From assembly GCA_965112155.1 (NCBI GenBank), contig OZ218100.1: 64,000 nt of DNA; one strand, written 5' to 3'. A program made the translations under genes and the position numbers. Within the stretch, counting starts at the first letter, position 1; each line of letters begins with the position of its first letter. Positions 41,032-55,319 of the stretch are shown here, in pieces. Source of the stretch: Podarcis liolepis. Lineage: Eukaryota. The notes beneath the pieces were generated by a model, which saw only the letters and a list, made by a program, of their open reading frames with translations, was not told where the DNA came from and made no database searches.

Positions 41032-44000
41032 ATCCAGGCTGTGATAGAATCTGCTTATTATGGATATTTCTGTTTTGGCTGAAATCTTTGAAGGGGCTGT
41101 ATTTTGATTGATTTCTGGCAGAGAAGGGGAGAAAAATATAACTCTATATCTTATGCATTAAGATACTGAGATATGTACCAAGTAATATTATTGACAAGGA
41201 ACAGAACAGACAAGGCATGGTGGCTTGCCAAGGCCCTCACCTGAATAACCATTATTTTTCTTACAGAAAAAAATATTATTTAAAAAAGACTACTAGCCCT
41301 AACTTAAAAACAAACCGAACCCCAGAGTTAATACTTTGTATGTTTCACCCAATACTTTGTGTGAAACAATGTCTCGTAAATAAATAAGCAAGCAAGCAAG
41401 CAAGCATGCTACGTGCAGAGTGCTAGAATAAAATTGATGTATATAATAAGAATGAACAAAGAATCTACACAAACAATATTTCACCTAAACAATATTTTAC
41501 CTATGGTAAGGAATGCCTTTACGTCGGTCCACTGTTTCCTGACAGATCTCTCTCCGCCTGTGAAGAGTATGAAGAATATGGCACTTCTATACAACATAAC
41601 AAATTATTTTCAAACAGATCAAAGCAGCACTTTGCATGAAGCCTGGATGCCAGTGTGAAGAAGCCCAATAACTCTTGTAGCATGCCATACATTTAGGAGT
41701 CAGGTTGATGCATTCTGCACTGTTTCCAGTCACCATGCAATCTTCAGCATAGACCCAAAAGCGGCACTCTTTTTCAGGGACCCTGGGGAAGCAAAGGTGG
41801 AGTGCTGTGCAAAAACATTCTGCAAAATGTGGCTTCTGTTGTTTGTTTTCCAGCAACTGGCTGCCATGAAGCACCTAATGTGACATTGATTCTGCTGAAC
41901 CATCTTGGTTAATGGATTATGTAACTGAATTCTCTGTCATTCCCCCCCCCCCATCACATACATTTAAACTGATGCCAGTATGACAGAATGAATACGACTG
42001 AACATAGGAATTTCATATTGATTCGAAATTGCTATAATTTATCAATCACTAGGTCATAACTTTATATATTTACCACACTCTTTGGTAGACTTCGTTCCTA
42101 TTTTTAGTTGCTTCCTTTTACAATCACAGATTGGTAAGTGTTTGTTAATCTATGACATGAAAAACAAAACGAAATCTTGTGCTATCAGGTATCCCAAGCT
42201 GCGGGCGGCGATGGGGGGGGGCAGGGCAGGATCCTCACCTATTTGCAATTCATGGGACAATTATAAGGAGAAAATGATCCTGGTGTGCTTTGTTATTTGC
42301 TGAAAAAATGCTTTAAGAACTTGCTCTTAATTTTTATAATTGTCACACCATTAATGAAACCTTAACTCATATCAACCATATAAGGTTAAATTGAGTATTC
42401 AATCAAATTTGCATAAAATTGAAGGGGAATAAAATGAGTTTTAAAATAGAGCATCATATATCAGTTATTTGCAGATTATGTATGTATGTATTTATGTATG
42501 TGCCACACAATAGATACCCGTGTGGGAAAAAACAGGGATGAGCCTGCTGCCTGCAGTTTTTACAAATACTTGGGTTTAAAATATATAGTTTAATATATTT
42601 TAAAATGCATTTCCTGGTTTAATAAAGAGCAGCTCTTTAATCAAAAGGTTTTATATCCATGAATATAACCTAATTGACTCAAATTTTATTTTAAATAGGA
42701 TTTGCATTAGCAATGTAATGCAATTATCTTAGGATGTACCTTTACATTTTTGTAGATCAGATTTTAAAAAAAAGAAATTATTTGGTTTGGTTTGAGCAGA
42801 GTACTCTTTACAGCTTCTGCAAAACTCACTGACAGTGTTAAAACAATAGTATAATTGAAGTGTCATCATTATAAAAATAGTTTTCTTTCAACTTCATTTG
42901 TTGTAGTACTAGTAAGATTACCACTCCTCAAGGTGGCTATAGTACGGTATATTAGCATTTTGTTATTCATTTAAATATATGCAAATTTAAAGTCACCCAT
43001 TACCTAGTACTGGGTATTTGAAAAGCCCTCCCTCAAAAAAATATTGCTAAAAAAGATGAGTAAAGCAGGCCAAGACACTCTACATGTTACCAACCTATTA
43101 AAAAATTAAGTACCAAAGAAATATTAAATATGAAACATTGTGTCTTGACCTGGTATATTTCCAAGAGAGAAATCAATATACCTTTATTTAATATGCAAAT
43201 TTCAATCTCTTCAAGGATCCCCATTTGCTTTATTATGCCAGCTGAATATAACTATCCTAAACTGCAAGATTCCGAAGCAAAATGAGCTCATTGAAGAGGT
43301 CCCCCTACAAAAAACCAATTACCATCCATTATCTTGACTCTGCCATCCAATAACTATTGCACTTCATAGAAAAATGTACGGTTTAAAACAAGCTATGATG
43401 GAGGCATTGTTAAGTCTCTGGAAAGGTTTTGAAGAATAACGGACCATAATAATAATATTGGGTGGGATCTAAAACAATTAGAAGTTCTGCATTCCAAATG
43501 GGACTTTTTGGGGCGCAGGGATCTAATAATTTCTAGTTCATCTTCAAGTCCATTCTTTTGCATGATTTTTTTTTTTTACACATATTTATACTTTTTAATC
43601 GTTGGTGGATTTTAAACAATTCACATCCCTTCCTCTCTCTCTCTGTATGTGTGTGTATGTTTCAATGCTTTCTTAGTGTTCTTATGTATATTTTATACTT
43701 CAGCATTGCATCTTGTAACATATAGTGAATGGTGAAAAATATTACCAACGATCATTTGGATGAACACAACATGAACTGAACTAGTCAGTTTTATAAAAGG
43801 ATGAACTGCATCTGGAATTTGTTCCTTTTTGGATATCATAACACAACCCCTTTTAAAATGAATTTCCCAAGCTCTGTTCTATGTATCCAAATTCATAGGC
43901 GCACCCAAAGTAGGTCTTTGGAGACACGGGCAATTAGGCTTTTGCTAAGTAAGTTTGCCCATCCTTCCAGCTACATTCCAGCCCTTCTGACACCACAAGA

Positions 44001-44057
44001 CAGGAGTGAGGAATCTGTGGCTCTCCAGGTGTTTGACTCCCAACAGCATGGACAATG

Positions 44058-44730
44058 CAAACCCTCCAACATTCCTCAGATGAAAATAAGGACATTTCTT
44101 ACTCCTCCCCAACAGACCCTCCTCAACCCCCCCTTTTTTGTTCCCCTCCCTGCAGAGCATTTCCTATCAGAAGAATGGTGAGTGCCATCACCAATGGGAC
44201 ACAGCCCACACACCCTCCACTGTCCTGAGAAAACTCCTTAATCCTGCTTTTGTTTTATTCTTTGGTAGGGTTACAAAAAGAAAAACATACACCAAGAAAT
44301 AAATTTTAGAAAAGAGGATTGAATGCGGATGCACAAAGCATTCTTTAATTTAAAAAATCAAGACTCCTTGCGCTCCGCTCTACCACTCCTTTGTTCCCAC
44401 CAAGGGCGGCCCTGCCCTCTGCCTGCCTCTCGGAGACAGTGGGGCTGGGCCTCAGTGGCAACAGCCTCTTCTCCTCCTCATCCGCTCTCCAGCAGCTGCT
44501 ACAAGCTGCCCAAGGGAGGAGGCCAGCGGCAGCAGTCCTGGAGAGGCCATGGGGTGCTCCCTCGCCACCACCTCTGCTCGGGACAAGCCCCAGCTCACCC
44601 TCTTCTTCAAGCTCAGCAGCAGCAGCAGCAGTAGCAGGGGAAATAGGGACAGTTCGAGATGAAATCAGAAGCCGGGATGGCTTTCTTAATTCCGGGTTCT
44701 CCCTGGAAAATCAGGACACTAGAAGGGTAT
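44058..44730. mobile_element. Non-autonomous DNA transposon with GC-rich interior, nested in an older MITE
   Basis: Ends CAAACCCTCCAAC / AGAAGGGTAT; flanking GGACAATG / GGACAACG; halves of the older MITE at ~44005-44057 and ~44731-44800. Confidence 0.65.
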
Positions 44731-44850
44731 GGACAACGATCAGGGATTATGGGAACTGCAGTCTATCAACTTCTGAAGGTCTTCAGATTCCCCATTGCTG
44801 CATTATAACTTAGTTATCTTGGTAGGTGTTTTAATTAACGGTAACCTTAA

Positions 44851-45200
44851 GGGACGCGGGTGGCGCTGTGGGTAAAACCTCAGTGCCTAGGACTTGCCGA
44901 TCATATGGTCAGCGGTTCAAATCCCCGCGGCGAGGTGAGCTCCCATCGTTCGGTCCCAGCTCCTGCCCACCTAGCAGTTCGAAAGCACTCTTAAGTGCAA
45001 GTAGATAAATAGGGACCGCTTTATAGCAGAAAGGTAAACGGCGTTTCCGTGTGCTTCAGCTTCGTCACGCTGGCCACGTGACCCGGAAGTGTCCTCGGAC
45101 GGCGCCGGCTCACGGCCTCTAGAGCGAGATGAGCACGCAACCCTTGAGTCGGAGACGACTGGCCCGTACGGGCAGGGGTACCTTTACCTTTTACCTTTTC
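44851..45200 (+). mobile_element. Sauria SINE (full length)
   Basis: GGGACGCGGGTGGCGCTGTGG head; (ACCTTT)n tail; TSD TAACCTTAA. Confidence 0.93.
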
Positions 45201-46817
45201 TTTTAACCTTAATATACCAGAAGGACAGTTGCAGCCAAGTATGTAGAGAAGGACTGAATTCAACAACAATGCACAACAATGTTTATTACAGCATTATATT
45301 TAGAGGTTGCTACTGTATGAATTAGCACACTTCAAAATAGATCCAAATGCTTTGCTGCAAATATAAAAACTACTGTAAACAAAACAGAAAAAGGCTATAA
45401 AAAAATTCATGGTAAGTGTTGTTTTTTTTAACAACCCTGACAGCAAGAACAACCAGAAGCTGTAGTGGGGGGAAAGCTTATGTAAGTGTGGAGTTATCTA
45501 AACTGTCACTGTAGGAGTTGAGGGCAGGGAAATAATGAAATATACGCACATGCTGGATGAAGTTTTGCTGCAATTAGGTTGCCAGATCAAAATTTCAAAA
45601 GCATAGCAGACTGCCAAGCTGAAGTCTCTGTGAAGTTCTATGGAGCTGGAAGATTTTAAAGTAAGGAGGGATGATCATTGCATTTATGGAGCTGTGCTGT
45701 TCTGGAATAAGTAAAAGTCCTTTAAGTAAGAGACATCTGGCAACCTTAAATTACATGATATGTATGTAGACCTGACCTTGCTTCAACTTTCTAGCGGGCA
45801 AGGAGGCGATTTTTCTATATTTATCTGATGACGTTTGAGTCAGCTTGGGCAGACTTCAGTAAGAAAAAATGTTTAGAAGCACTTCAAAAAGATAAGATCA
45901 ATAGTTATTTTTAAGCATTATTTTCCTGTTTTTGCTGGCCAAAACTTCCAGAGTTGCAGAGAATGATCATTTATTTTTTAAAATAAATTGTTGTTCAATG
46001 AAAACTTCATCCTCAGCTGCTAAAATACATGGCTATCACCACTTCTGAAACTGTACTATGAGCATTCTTAAAAGCAATAAATTAAACTAATATTACTATT
46101 CAATTTATTTTAGCCTATCTGTAAGCATATTTTATCTGCTTCCATTATTTTGTCTGGAATTTGTCATTACTAAAGAGTGTAATCCACATTGCATTTTAAA
46201 TTATAGAAAAGCTGCACTTACATTTAATAGATTTGGATGGCACCTGGCATTTTTGCATCAGATTAGTCATTGTTTTTCCTTGCAATCAGAATTTCCTTGT
46301 ACTTGAAATATATTTGGATTGTGTCCATCCTATTAACACACAGTTAAATATGGGGACTCACTTGAAAGCTCCACATTTCCGGTGCTAATCATGATGCTGA
46401 TGCAAAGCGATAAGTACCTATCTTAAAATACCTGACTTTTAAAGGAATCCTCAAATCAGGGTGAAGCATGAATCCATTAGTTGGCATGGGCAGTTGATCA
46501 ATGAATTAATCACAGCTTTAACAGATGGATTTCTGTTCCAGTTGCAATCAGAGATGTAGCCCTTGCAGCGGTGACAGCCTATGAACACCTCATGAGTCAC
46601 ACAAGTTTGATTTCCCAAACAGTGACATTATATTGTATACTTAGGAGAAGCTAGTATATTTGTAAAATAACTGCAAAACATCATTTGCTTTGAGACGTAG
46701 TATTAACTGATCTATATATTTATTTACATTAACTATTAAAACAAAGTAACTGCTTGACCGAACACTTTTAATACATTTTCATTTCAAAAGCAGAGAATCA
46801 TAGTCTGAATCAACTAC

Positions 46818-47167
46818 CTTTCAATGGATACCTCAGGATACTCTTGCACTGCGATCGTACCAGCACTGTATAACGATGAAGTGCAGTGATGTCTGTTTTA
46901 GCTATATCGGAGGGGGAGTATGTTGTCGAGTAAGATGCTTCGTATTTTGCTGCTGCATTCTGCAGAGCAAAATCAATTTTTAGCTGTCCGAAACGTTTGT
47001 TTATTTCTGAAGAATTGGGAAATAAGCACATGGCAAAAGTGATCATAGCAAAAGATGACTCGTTTAATCACCTCTTCGTTACAAATATCCAGAATTCATC
47101 TCTTGAATCCCGTCAATATGAAGTCTAACTCCTCAAGAACATAAGATTCCTCTTCCAGATATTCAAC
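46818..47167 (-). other. Candidate exon of a minus-strand transcript
   Basis: Long pyrimidine tract ending CCACCTTAG|G; AAAG|GTAGTT donor; CpG-rich relative to flanks. Confidence 0.45.
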
Positions 47168-49886
47168 CTAAGGTGGTGTAAAATGTAAAAACAACAAAAA
47201 AAAAACAACAAAAACCATATGAAACCAAACACACGCATTTCGGGACCCTGTAGCCTTACTCCTGTACAGTATATCAGCGCTACTAATATTTACTACCACT
47301 GTTAAATTCAGCAGAGGTTTACAAACAGTACTTGCTCCATCGTATTTAGCTGTATTTAGTGCAGCAAAATCTGTCACTTCAGAATTTGCCGGTATTGATT
47401 TATTTAGACTGTAACCTTGGGAGCAGGCACATAATCTTTTAATATGTGTTTAATTAATTATTGTATATTATTACTTATGCCCCAAATATATCTGTATTTA
47501 CTCTGACATATATCCCATTGAGTTCCGTAGAAACTGGGAAAAATCTTATCCACAATTACCTGGGAGTAAGCCTTACTGAAAATAGTGTTGTCTACTTCCA
47601 AGTAAACATTCATACAGTTGCACTGCGTGTTTAAAATTGCAACCAAAGGTGAATAAAATAGTCAAGAGAGCTAGAGGACTTGTTTTTAGAAAGCATCAGA
47701 TGTTTTATGGTGCACCTTTACACTCTATAAAACAATCCCGACAAAAATGTCTTTGAAGCAATGGAAACTTGTGTCAAGCAGCATATATTGCATTTAGATT
47801 GCATCCATCACATTATGAATTGGTATCTCCTCACTTGTATATAGTATAGACTGTACAAATTAATCTAAGAATTGAGGAGTGCTGCTTTATGAATCAAGAA
47901 AATCCTAAAATATTTAATTATTCTGTTTGTATTCAGAGGTTTTAGAAGTCAGGCTGATGAGCAAGAATATAGTTAACCGTCCACCTTCCAATCTATTTAC
48001 TTTTAATGTAAAAGGTCTGCCTTTTATATCTGGTTTATCTATCGTTCAGTTGTACTGAAGCAACTGTCTGGCTCGGAGCAGCAGTCTAAATGTTCTGCTT
48101 TCTTTTGGCCTTCAGTTAAGTGATTGAGAAGTAGTGAGAAGTGGAATGATTTATCCAGACTTTTAAGTGACTTTTAAGATTTACATTTTTCGCTAAGGCC
48201 TCTGTGGCCATAACAGGAGACATATACTATTTCAAGAGTATTGAATTTTCCTCCATATCTAATTTTTGTGGCTCTATCACTTGCATCTATACTGCAAAAG
48301 GAATTCCCCGTGAAAGCCTCATAAACTCCAGCAAAACTGAGTACATATGGATCCTGCTCCACTTTATCACACTGCAATTGTCAAAAGCCTCATTTTTACT
48401 GTGTGCCATTTTGCTACAGAAACCTTCGGATATGGGGATGGTGGAATCTTATTTTCAAGCTGTATCTTATATATAGGAAATGTTGGTCCTAAACAGGTTT
48501 TATTTCTATCCAACTGTAATGGGACTTAGGGAACTACTCCAGGGTATCATCACTGCAATATTTGTTCAGCTAACGTTGTTCAAGGGTGCTAGGAATATTA
48601 ACTAGTCTACATCATACAGAATCCTTGACATTTTAAAGGTAAAAGCATAGTCAGTTGAACAACGAGACTAAATAATTTACAACCAATTTTTTTTAAAAAA
48701 ATAATTGATTTCATATTTAAGTTTATATCCCAGTTTTTAATTAATGCACTAATCCTAAATATCTTCCCACCACTGTCTATGAAGTCACCTCTCTTCCCTC
48801 CTTCAAATCTGTCTGCAAAACCCAACTTTTCTACAGATATTTTACTAGCACACTCTGTCCTCAGGGCTCCTCCAGACATCCTGTTTATTGAGCATTCACC
48901 CACATTTGCTTACACAAAGCTTACATGGAGGATAAATTCTGTCTGGTCTTTATTGAGAATTTGTTCTGTTTGTTTGCAAGGAGGTTCTATGACAATGAGC
49001 ACTCATCCTGAATACATCCCAATTTGCTTGTGCATCTTCCTGCTAATCATTCATTCACGCCACAATTTGTAGTTTCATTTCCCCATCACTTTCTTAACTG
49101 CAAAAACCAGGTTTTTTTAAAGTGAATTTGAAGCGACAGAGCTCTTTCACTTACTTTAGCTGTGCAAACCTAGATTTCGTGTTCACTTGAATCCCTCCCT
49201 TGAAATACAGATAGTCTGGAGATGATGCTATTCTTTTGCCTGCAGTCATCACTATTTTATCCTTTCTACTTTTGCTTATCAAGTCCTGCCCTTTCCGTTT
49301 CCCTCTGTCCTATCTATAAAAGTCTTCTTAACAGACAGTGCAATGGTGCACTGATTCTACTAAACAAATGCTAAATAGCAGCAGTAATAATGATAGTGCC
49401 AGCACTAGCACACTTATCTAAACGTTGCCATTTATACACCCATTGGACTAGCACTCCAGTTAAGGAGGCAGCACAGAGGGGCACCCTTCCTGGCCTTTCT
49501 TATACTATTCACGGCCTACGTGAAGCAGAAGACTCATGCGTCTAAATAACAGTTTTAATAGCTCTTCCTCTATAAAAACAGGGTGGCTAATAAAGCAAAA
49601 ACCATGCCATCAAAGTACAGATCTGTGAATGCAGCACCTGCCTCCCTTGTTACATTATATGCATGATGGAAGAGAGAAACTGCTCTTCCAGCTCATAAAA
49701 TGGAGCACAGGTCAGGTGAGTGCACAAACCAGGCCGCAGCTTATGGGGTAAGAACTGTAGCTCATTGGTAGAGCATTTGCCTGAAACTCTGGTGCACTTC
49801 TGTTGGTCAGTGCAGACAATGCGGAGATAGATGGAGCGTTGAGCCAACTCAGCATAGGATAGTTTCTTGCATGGGTTGTATAATCA

Positions 49887-50287
49887 CCGTATTTTTCGCT
49901 CTATAGGACGCACCCGACCATAGGACGCACCTTGTTTTAGAGGGGGAGAACAAGAAAAAAAAATCTCTCCCTCTGCGCAGCACCCCTTCAGCGAAGCGGC
50001 AGGAGAAACGAAGCCCCTTCCATTTCTCCTCCCGCTTGGCTGAAGGGGCGCTGCACAGAGAGGGAAAGCGAAGCAAAGCCAGGAGACCGAGAGGGATCGG
50101 TACGCACCGACCCCTCTCGCTCTCCAGGCTTCAGTGAAAGCAACGCAAAGCCTCCGGAGCACGGCGGGAGCGCTCCCACAATTTTGCCCATTCTCATTTA
50201 CCATATTTTTCGCTCCATAAGACGCACACACATTTCCCCTTAATTTTTGGAGGGGGAAAAGTGAGTCTTATAGAGCGAAAAATATGG
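49887..50287. mobile_element. Tc1/mariner-superfamily (Tc2/pogo-like) MITE
   Basis: TIRs CCGTATTTTTCGCTCTATA / TATAGAGCGAAAAATATGG; TA on the right, CA on the left. Confidence 0.85.
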
Positions 50288-53200
50288 TAAATGAGAATGG
50301 GCAAAATCGTCACCATTTGTGAGGTATTCTTAGGCAATAATTCAAACACAGCCTTTCCCCGCAAACTGGCGTCAGAATATTATAGGACTATAATAATAGC
50401 AAATAATAATACTTTTATTATTATTTATACCCTGCCCATCTTGCTGGGTTGCCCCAGCCACTCTGGGCAGCTTCTAATGCATATGAAAACATAATAAAAC
50501 ATCAAACATAAACAACCTCCTGATACAGGGCTGCCTTTTCTTCCTTATGTGAAATCTCAGCTTATCTTGGCCACTGTGAACTGGGACAAGAAAAAGGGCA
50601 GGGTCTTTTGATTTGCTGCTTCAGCAAGTGAAAGATTAAGACAAGATGGATGAAATGCTGTGCTTGTGCAGTAGCCCTAATTTGGGTATGGTATTGGCCT
50701 TTCAGGACATTACTGCCAGAAATGCTGATAACCAGATAATAGAAGGTTTGGATAACAGAAATGAGGTTTGGATCATGGAAGTCCCAGTAGTTCCAATATA
50801 AAAACTAAACTGACGCGTTAGTTTCTGGTGCTGAAAATTTGTTTTGCAGAACTACTGGGCTATTTCAATCTATAATGTTTTTAATTAATTCAGTCCCGAT
50901 CAGTGAATAAATTAAACCAAGACTCACAACAACCCTTCTAAAGTCACATTTAATCTTCACTCGTTTCTGGAAACTGTAAATGGGTTACAATGCTACACAA
51001 GTTTCTCTCTTATATGTTTAATGAGCATAGATCCTCCTTGATCCCCTTCTCTCCAAGCACGTACATGCATGCACATCACCAGTATAATTTCCATGCACAA
51101 GTTCTGAACACTGTGAATGAGAAGTCCAGCATCTTTTTAGTGAAAGCAGACTGCCACCTATAGGTGTATGTTAGGCTTCGCAAATAGGCTCTTTTTTGGG
51201 TAACAGGCCCTTTATATATACTACGATAAATTGAACTTAAAATTGTTATAATAGGATGACACAATCCTAATATTAATGTAGTTGCATAGTATTGTTTTAT
51301 ATGCATTCTGCTCTTCTATCCATAAAAAAACTAAACCCTTTAGCAGATTATTTCTACCTGCAAGATGGGTAGAAAAGCAAAAGGGTTAAAAAGAAATGTG
51401 GTATGTTCATTTTAAGAAGCAAAGCAATGTTTTAGTTTCATTATCTAGGCAGACCATTGATAGTAGACAACCTGTTATTCTGATAAAAAAGAGTGTTGTA
51501 AAAATTGATACAATATTACTTTATAGCATACCTATTTGTCTATATTGTTGCCTATTTATCACTTACATAACCATAATTTTAGTCATGCATTGTATTTCCA
51601 TTAAATCTGATATGTGTCCAATGTATCGCAACAAGGTTTATTAAAGATAAACAGCTACATTCCTTTATTTTGTTTTTCATTAAATCTTGGGGTAAGGGTG
51701 GGATGAAACGCTTGTAATGCAAGTCTTGGTTATGTAAGACTCAAGTATCACATAATCAGTCTCATCAGCATACACCTTGAAAATGGAAATAGAAATTACA
51801 ATTCCAGATATAGAACATTTTAGATTATTACTCTTATATTTTGCAGGTCAACATTTTCTAAATCACTTGGATAGATCTTGGAACAGTTAAAAGGTAAATA
51901 GAAATCCTTTTTATTTTTACTGTGCAGCTAATGACCTGGTCTATGCTACATGTATTAACATGGATGCTACTGGATAATTTCTGAAAATTAAAATCATATA
52001 GCAAAAGTTGCTATAAATGCTTTGATAGTGTCTTTGGTTTTGTGTTGCTCTTTTTTAAAAAAAGATGCATTAAGCTTGATGCATTGAAAAAGAGTTAACG
52101 GTAACATTTTCAACTCTCTTACTTAAGAGTAAATGTTGCTGATGGCATCTGACTCGGAATTACTGGGGAGGGGGGAGAGGGAATTAAAAGAAGTGCAGCT
52201 TTTATAAAGTTCTAAGATTGCCGAATGACTATTTAATTTTGTTTTTAAATAGTCTTAGCCATTGGTGTATTGAAAAGGCCCGTTTTAAAATGTCCTGCTT
52301 TCTGGGTTTCCTAGTTTACCCTTTTGTCGAAACGTGGTACCTAGAACAATTGGCGTCTTTGTGTGATGTATATATCCTTCCTTATTTATATCAAATTATT
52401 TAAAATTTATTTTATGCTATAACCTGTACAAGGTTGTAAGTAAATGATCTGTGCTGCAGGATTTGGACGTTGTGTGTTAAACGACTGTCCAAAAAAGGAG
52501 TACAGCAGTATCCGTTTGTGTTAGTTTTTTCCTCCACTCAATTCGTGGTTGCTGCAATACATTTTAGTAATAATTTGAACAACATTTCCCAATTACAAAA
52601 ACGTTAAGCAGACATATTTTGAAACAATTCCACCCAATTCATATATTTTTGTTTGAATCTGGCCCACCATCTTGACACTTTGGATAGCAGGATTTACTTT
52701 AAAGATTATTTTACTTTGTAAAGTACAGTATTAACTTTAGAGGAGAAGTGGCCAAAAGTATGAAAACCCACATCCTTGAGCATTATAATTCTTATTTGTT
52801 TTCTAATCTATACAGCAAATGGCCTTCTTGGTAAAACCCTTGGTAAAACAACTGCCAACACTTCCACAATATATAGAATACATTTGTCATAGTCCAAACC
52901 TAAATCAATACATAATACAGTAAGAGTCCACAATTTTCTGGAAAGGGACAAGATATTTTAAATGTCCCCTCAAATACTGGATGAAATAAGGGGTAAAAAC
53001 CCACTGTAGTACTTATAAAAGAACCTAAAAATGAATGTAAAATTATGCTCTGCAATAATGTGCTTTTATGAAATACTTTTCTATTTAATGTAGAAAGAGA
53101 ATGGATACGTGGGAGACATATAGGGTGGGTGGAGAGCACAAGTAGAATTTGGCCTTATGTCATTCCCATGTTATATAATTAGAAAGCCAACTTTAGAGCC

Positions 53201-53604
53201 TTCATCCTGAAGGATAATTCAAGCAGAAAAGTGGGGGGTGGGGGTGGGGAAGGGCAAAGGTGCTATATAAAATTTGGAAAGCGATGACCAAGAACATAGT
53301 TATATGATTTATCAATGAGTGATTGTCTTGCATGGAGAATTTTAAAAGGAAATATTAAGTAATCTTTCGAACTGCTGTTTATTTTTTTAATGTCAATTTC
53401 ATATTTTAATGAAAGAATAGAGGCAATTTCCTCCTTTTTTTATGAAATGTGAAAACGCCGGATCATAGAATTTGCAAGGGAACTTTTTAAGTTGTATAGA
53501 ATTCTGCTAATAGTTTACAACTATTTTACTATATTACTATATAACTATATTACAAAGAAATATAAAGAACAAGTGTTACTATACAGGTGATAAATCTGTT
53601 AGTA

Positions 53605-53900
53605 CAGGGGTCAGCAACCTTTTTCAGCTGTTCACCGTCCCTCAGACCATCTGGTGGGCCGGACTATATTTTTTTGGGGGGGAATGCACAAATTTCTATG
53701 CCCCACAAATAACCCAGAGATGCATTTTAAATAAAAGCACACATTCTACTCATGTAAAAACACCAGGCAGGCCCCACAAATAACCTAGAGGACACATTCT
53801 ACTCATGTAAAAACACGCTGATTCCCGGACTGTCCACAGGTTGGATTAAGAAGGCAATTGGGCCACATCCGGCTCCCGGGCCTTAGCTTGCCTACCCCTG
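53605..53900. mobile_element. hAT MITE
   Basis: TIRs CAGGGGTCAGCAA / TTGCCTACCCCTG; TSD TGTTAGTA on both sides. Confidence 0.9.
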
Positions 53901-55319
53901 TGTTAGTATATGTAAGAGAGTTCAGGTGTCTCAAGATAAAGTGTAACTATCCTGTAGTAACATTTGCACTTCTATGCTAACATCCGATTGTCATCAACTA
54001 GACATGATAATGCCTATTACGGGACCAAGAGTTTTAAAGCCTTCAAATATCACATTATTCATCGGACAAACATCTAACCAGCAGTCCAGCACAGTAAAAT
54101 ATGTAACCAAATTAGCAACCCATAAATAACACATTTTAGCTTAATGTTCAGTTTATCTCTCTATGTTCATTGGAACTATTAATTGCACAAATGTGTTCTC
54201 CCATGAAAAATGTTGCAAGGGTGAATTGCACCATAAATAAGTTCTAGGAGGATCTTTTATATCATGTGAGTGGGGGATGGAGACGGGACAACAGCATGTT
54301 TTCTCCATAAAGTCCAGATCTCAAATGTATTATATAATTCAGTGAGGGCCTAATGTTTCATTTGTTCAGTTACAAAAGAAAACTACTGTATGGAGAATTT
54401 AGCTAAAAATCCAACAATAGCTAGAAAAGAAGTTAGTTGCATCACCAAAACGACAACTGGTGGTCTATGAATCGATATATAGACTGATCAGAGACATTTA
54501 AGAGGGAATGCAATCACAGACTTGATTATAATACATAATATGTACGTCTATATTATTGGTATCAGGACTTGGGATTCCTGAAGTCGGGATGCCTGTATCT
54601 CTAGCTAAGACTAAATTTTATTTTATTATTGCAGAGAAGGAAATGTCCTTCTATAGCCAATAAATGTATGGATTACAAAGTTTCACTGAAGAGCTGCAAG
54701 AAAAGTAATTAGTCTTGTAAGAATTCTGTAAGATGGGTAAAGGGGAAAGGAGATCTCTTATCATGGTATACTCGCTGTTCTAATAAGGCGCCATTAGCTG
54801 TTACATAATCACAACTATTTCTTCCTCTTAGCCTATGTTTATGCCCGGCATTTAAGGTCCAGCATAATTAAATTAAAATGTCTTTGACTAGAAAAAAAAT
54901 GAATGAGGTACTTTTTTGTTTCAGCTCTTTACACTATGAAAGAGAAGCCTGATACTTGCTTCGACAAATGTTCATGATCTTTTTTTAAAAAATCCTACCA
55001 GAGGTAGAGACCTTTACTGACGTAAGATTGGGATCTGTCTGAATGGGGGGTGTTTTTTTTAAGCTGGCTAAAATTACTGGAAGCGTTTCTGAAAATAAAG
55101 AGAAAAAATTACAGTGCTCATCTGCCCTAATATTTTCACACGCAGCAAGACTGGTTTGCAGTGTCAGTAACATGCATCTGATCTGTGTCACCTGCTTTGC
55201 CATCTGAAAATCAGTCTTGGTGCAGAATTGCAGTGGCCTCCCATTGGTGTAAACTCATCTATTTGAAGAGGCAACATTATTCCATTCTGCAGCTTTTCAT
55301 TGTTACAGTTGTGTGCCAC

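Noticed and set aside
46050-46082. Partial resemblance to miR-137 (TTATTGCTT) on the minus strand
   Set aside because: The match breaks after the seed; no hairpin
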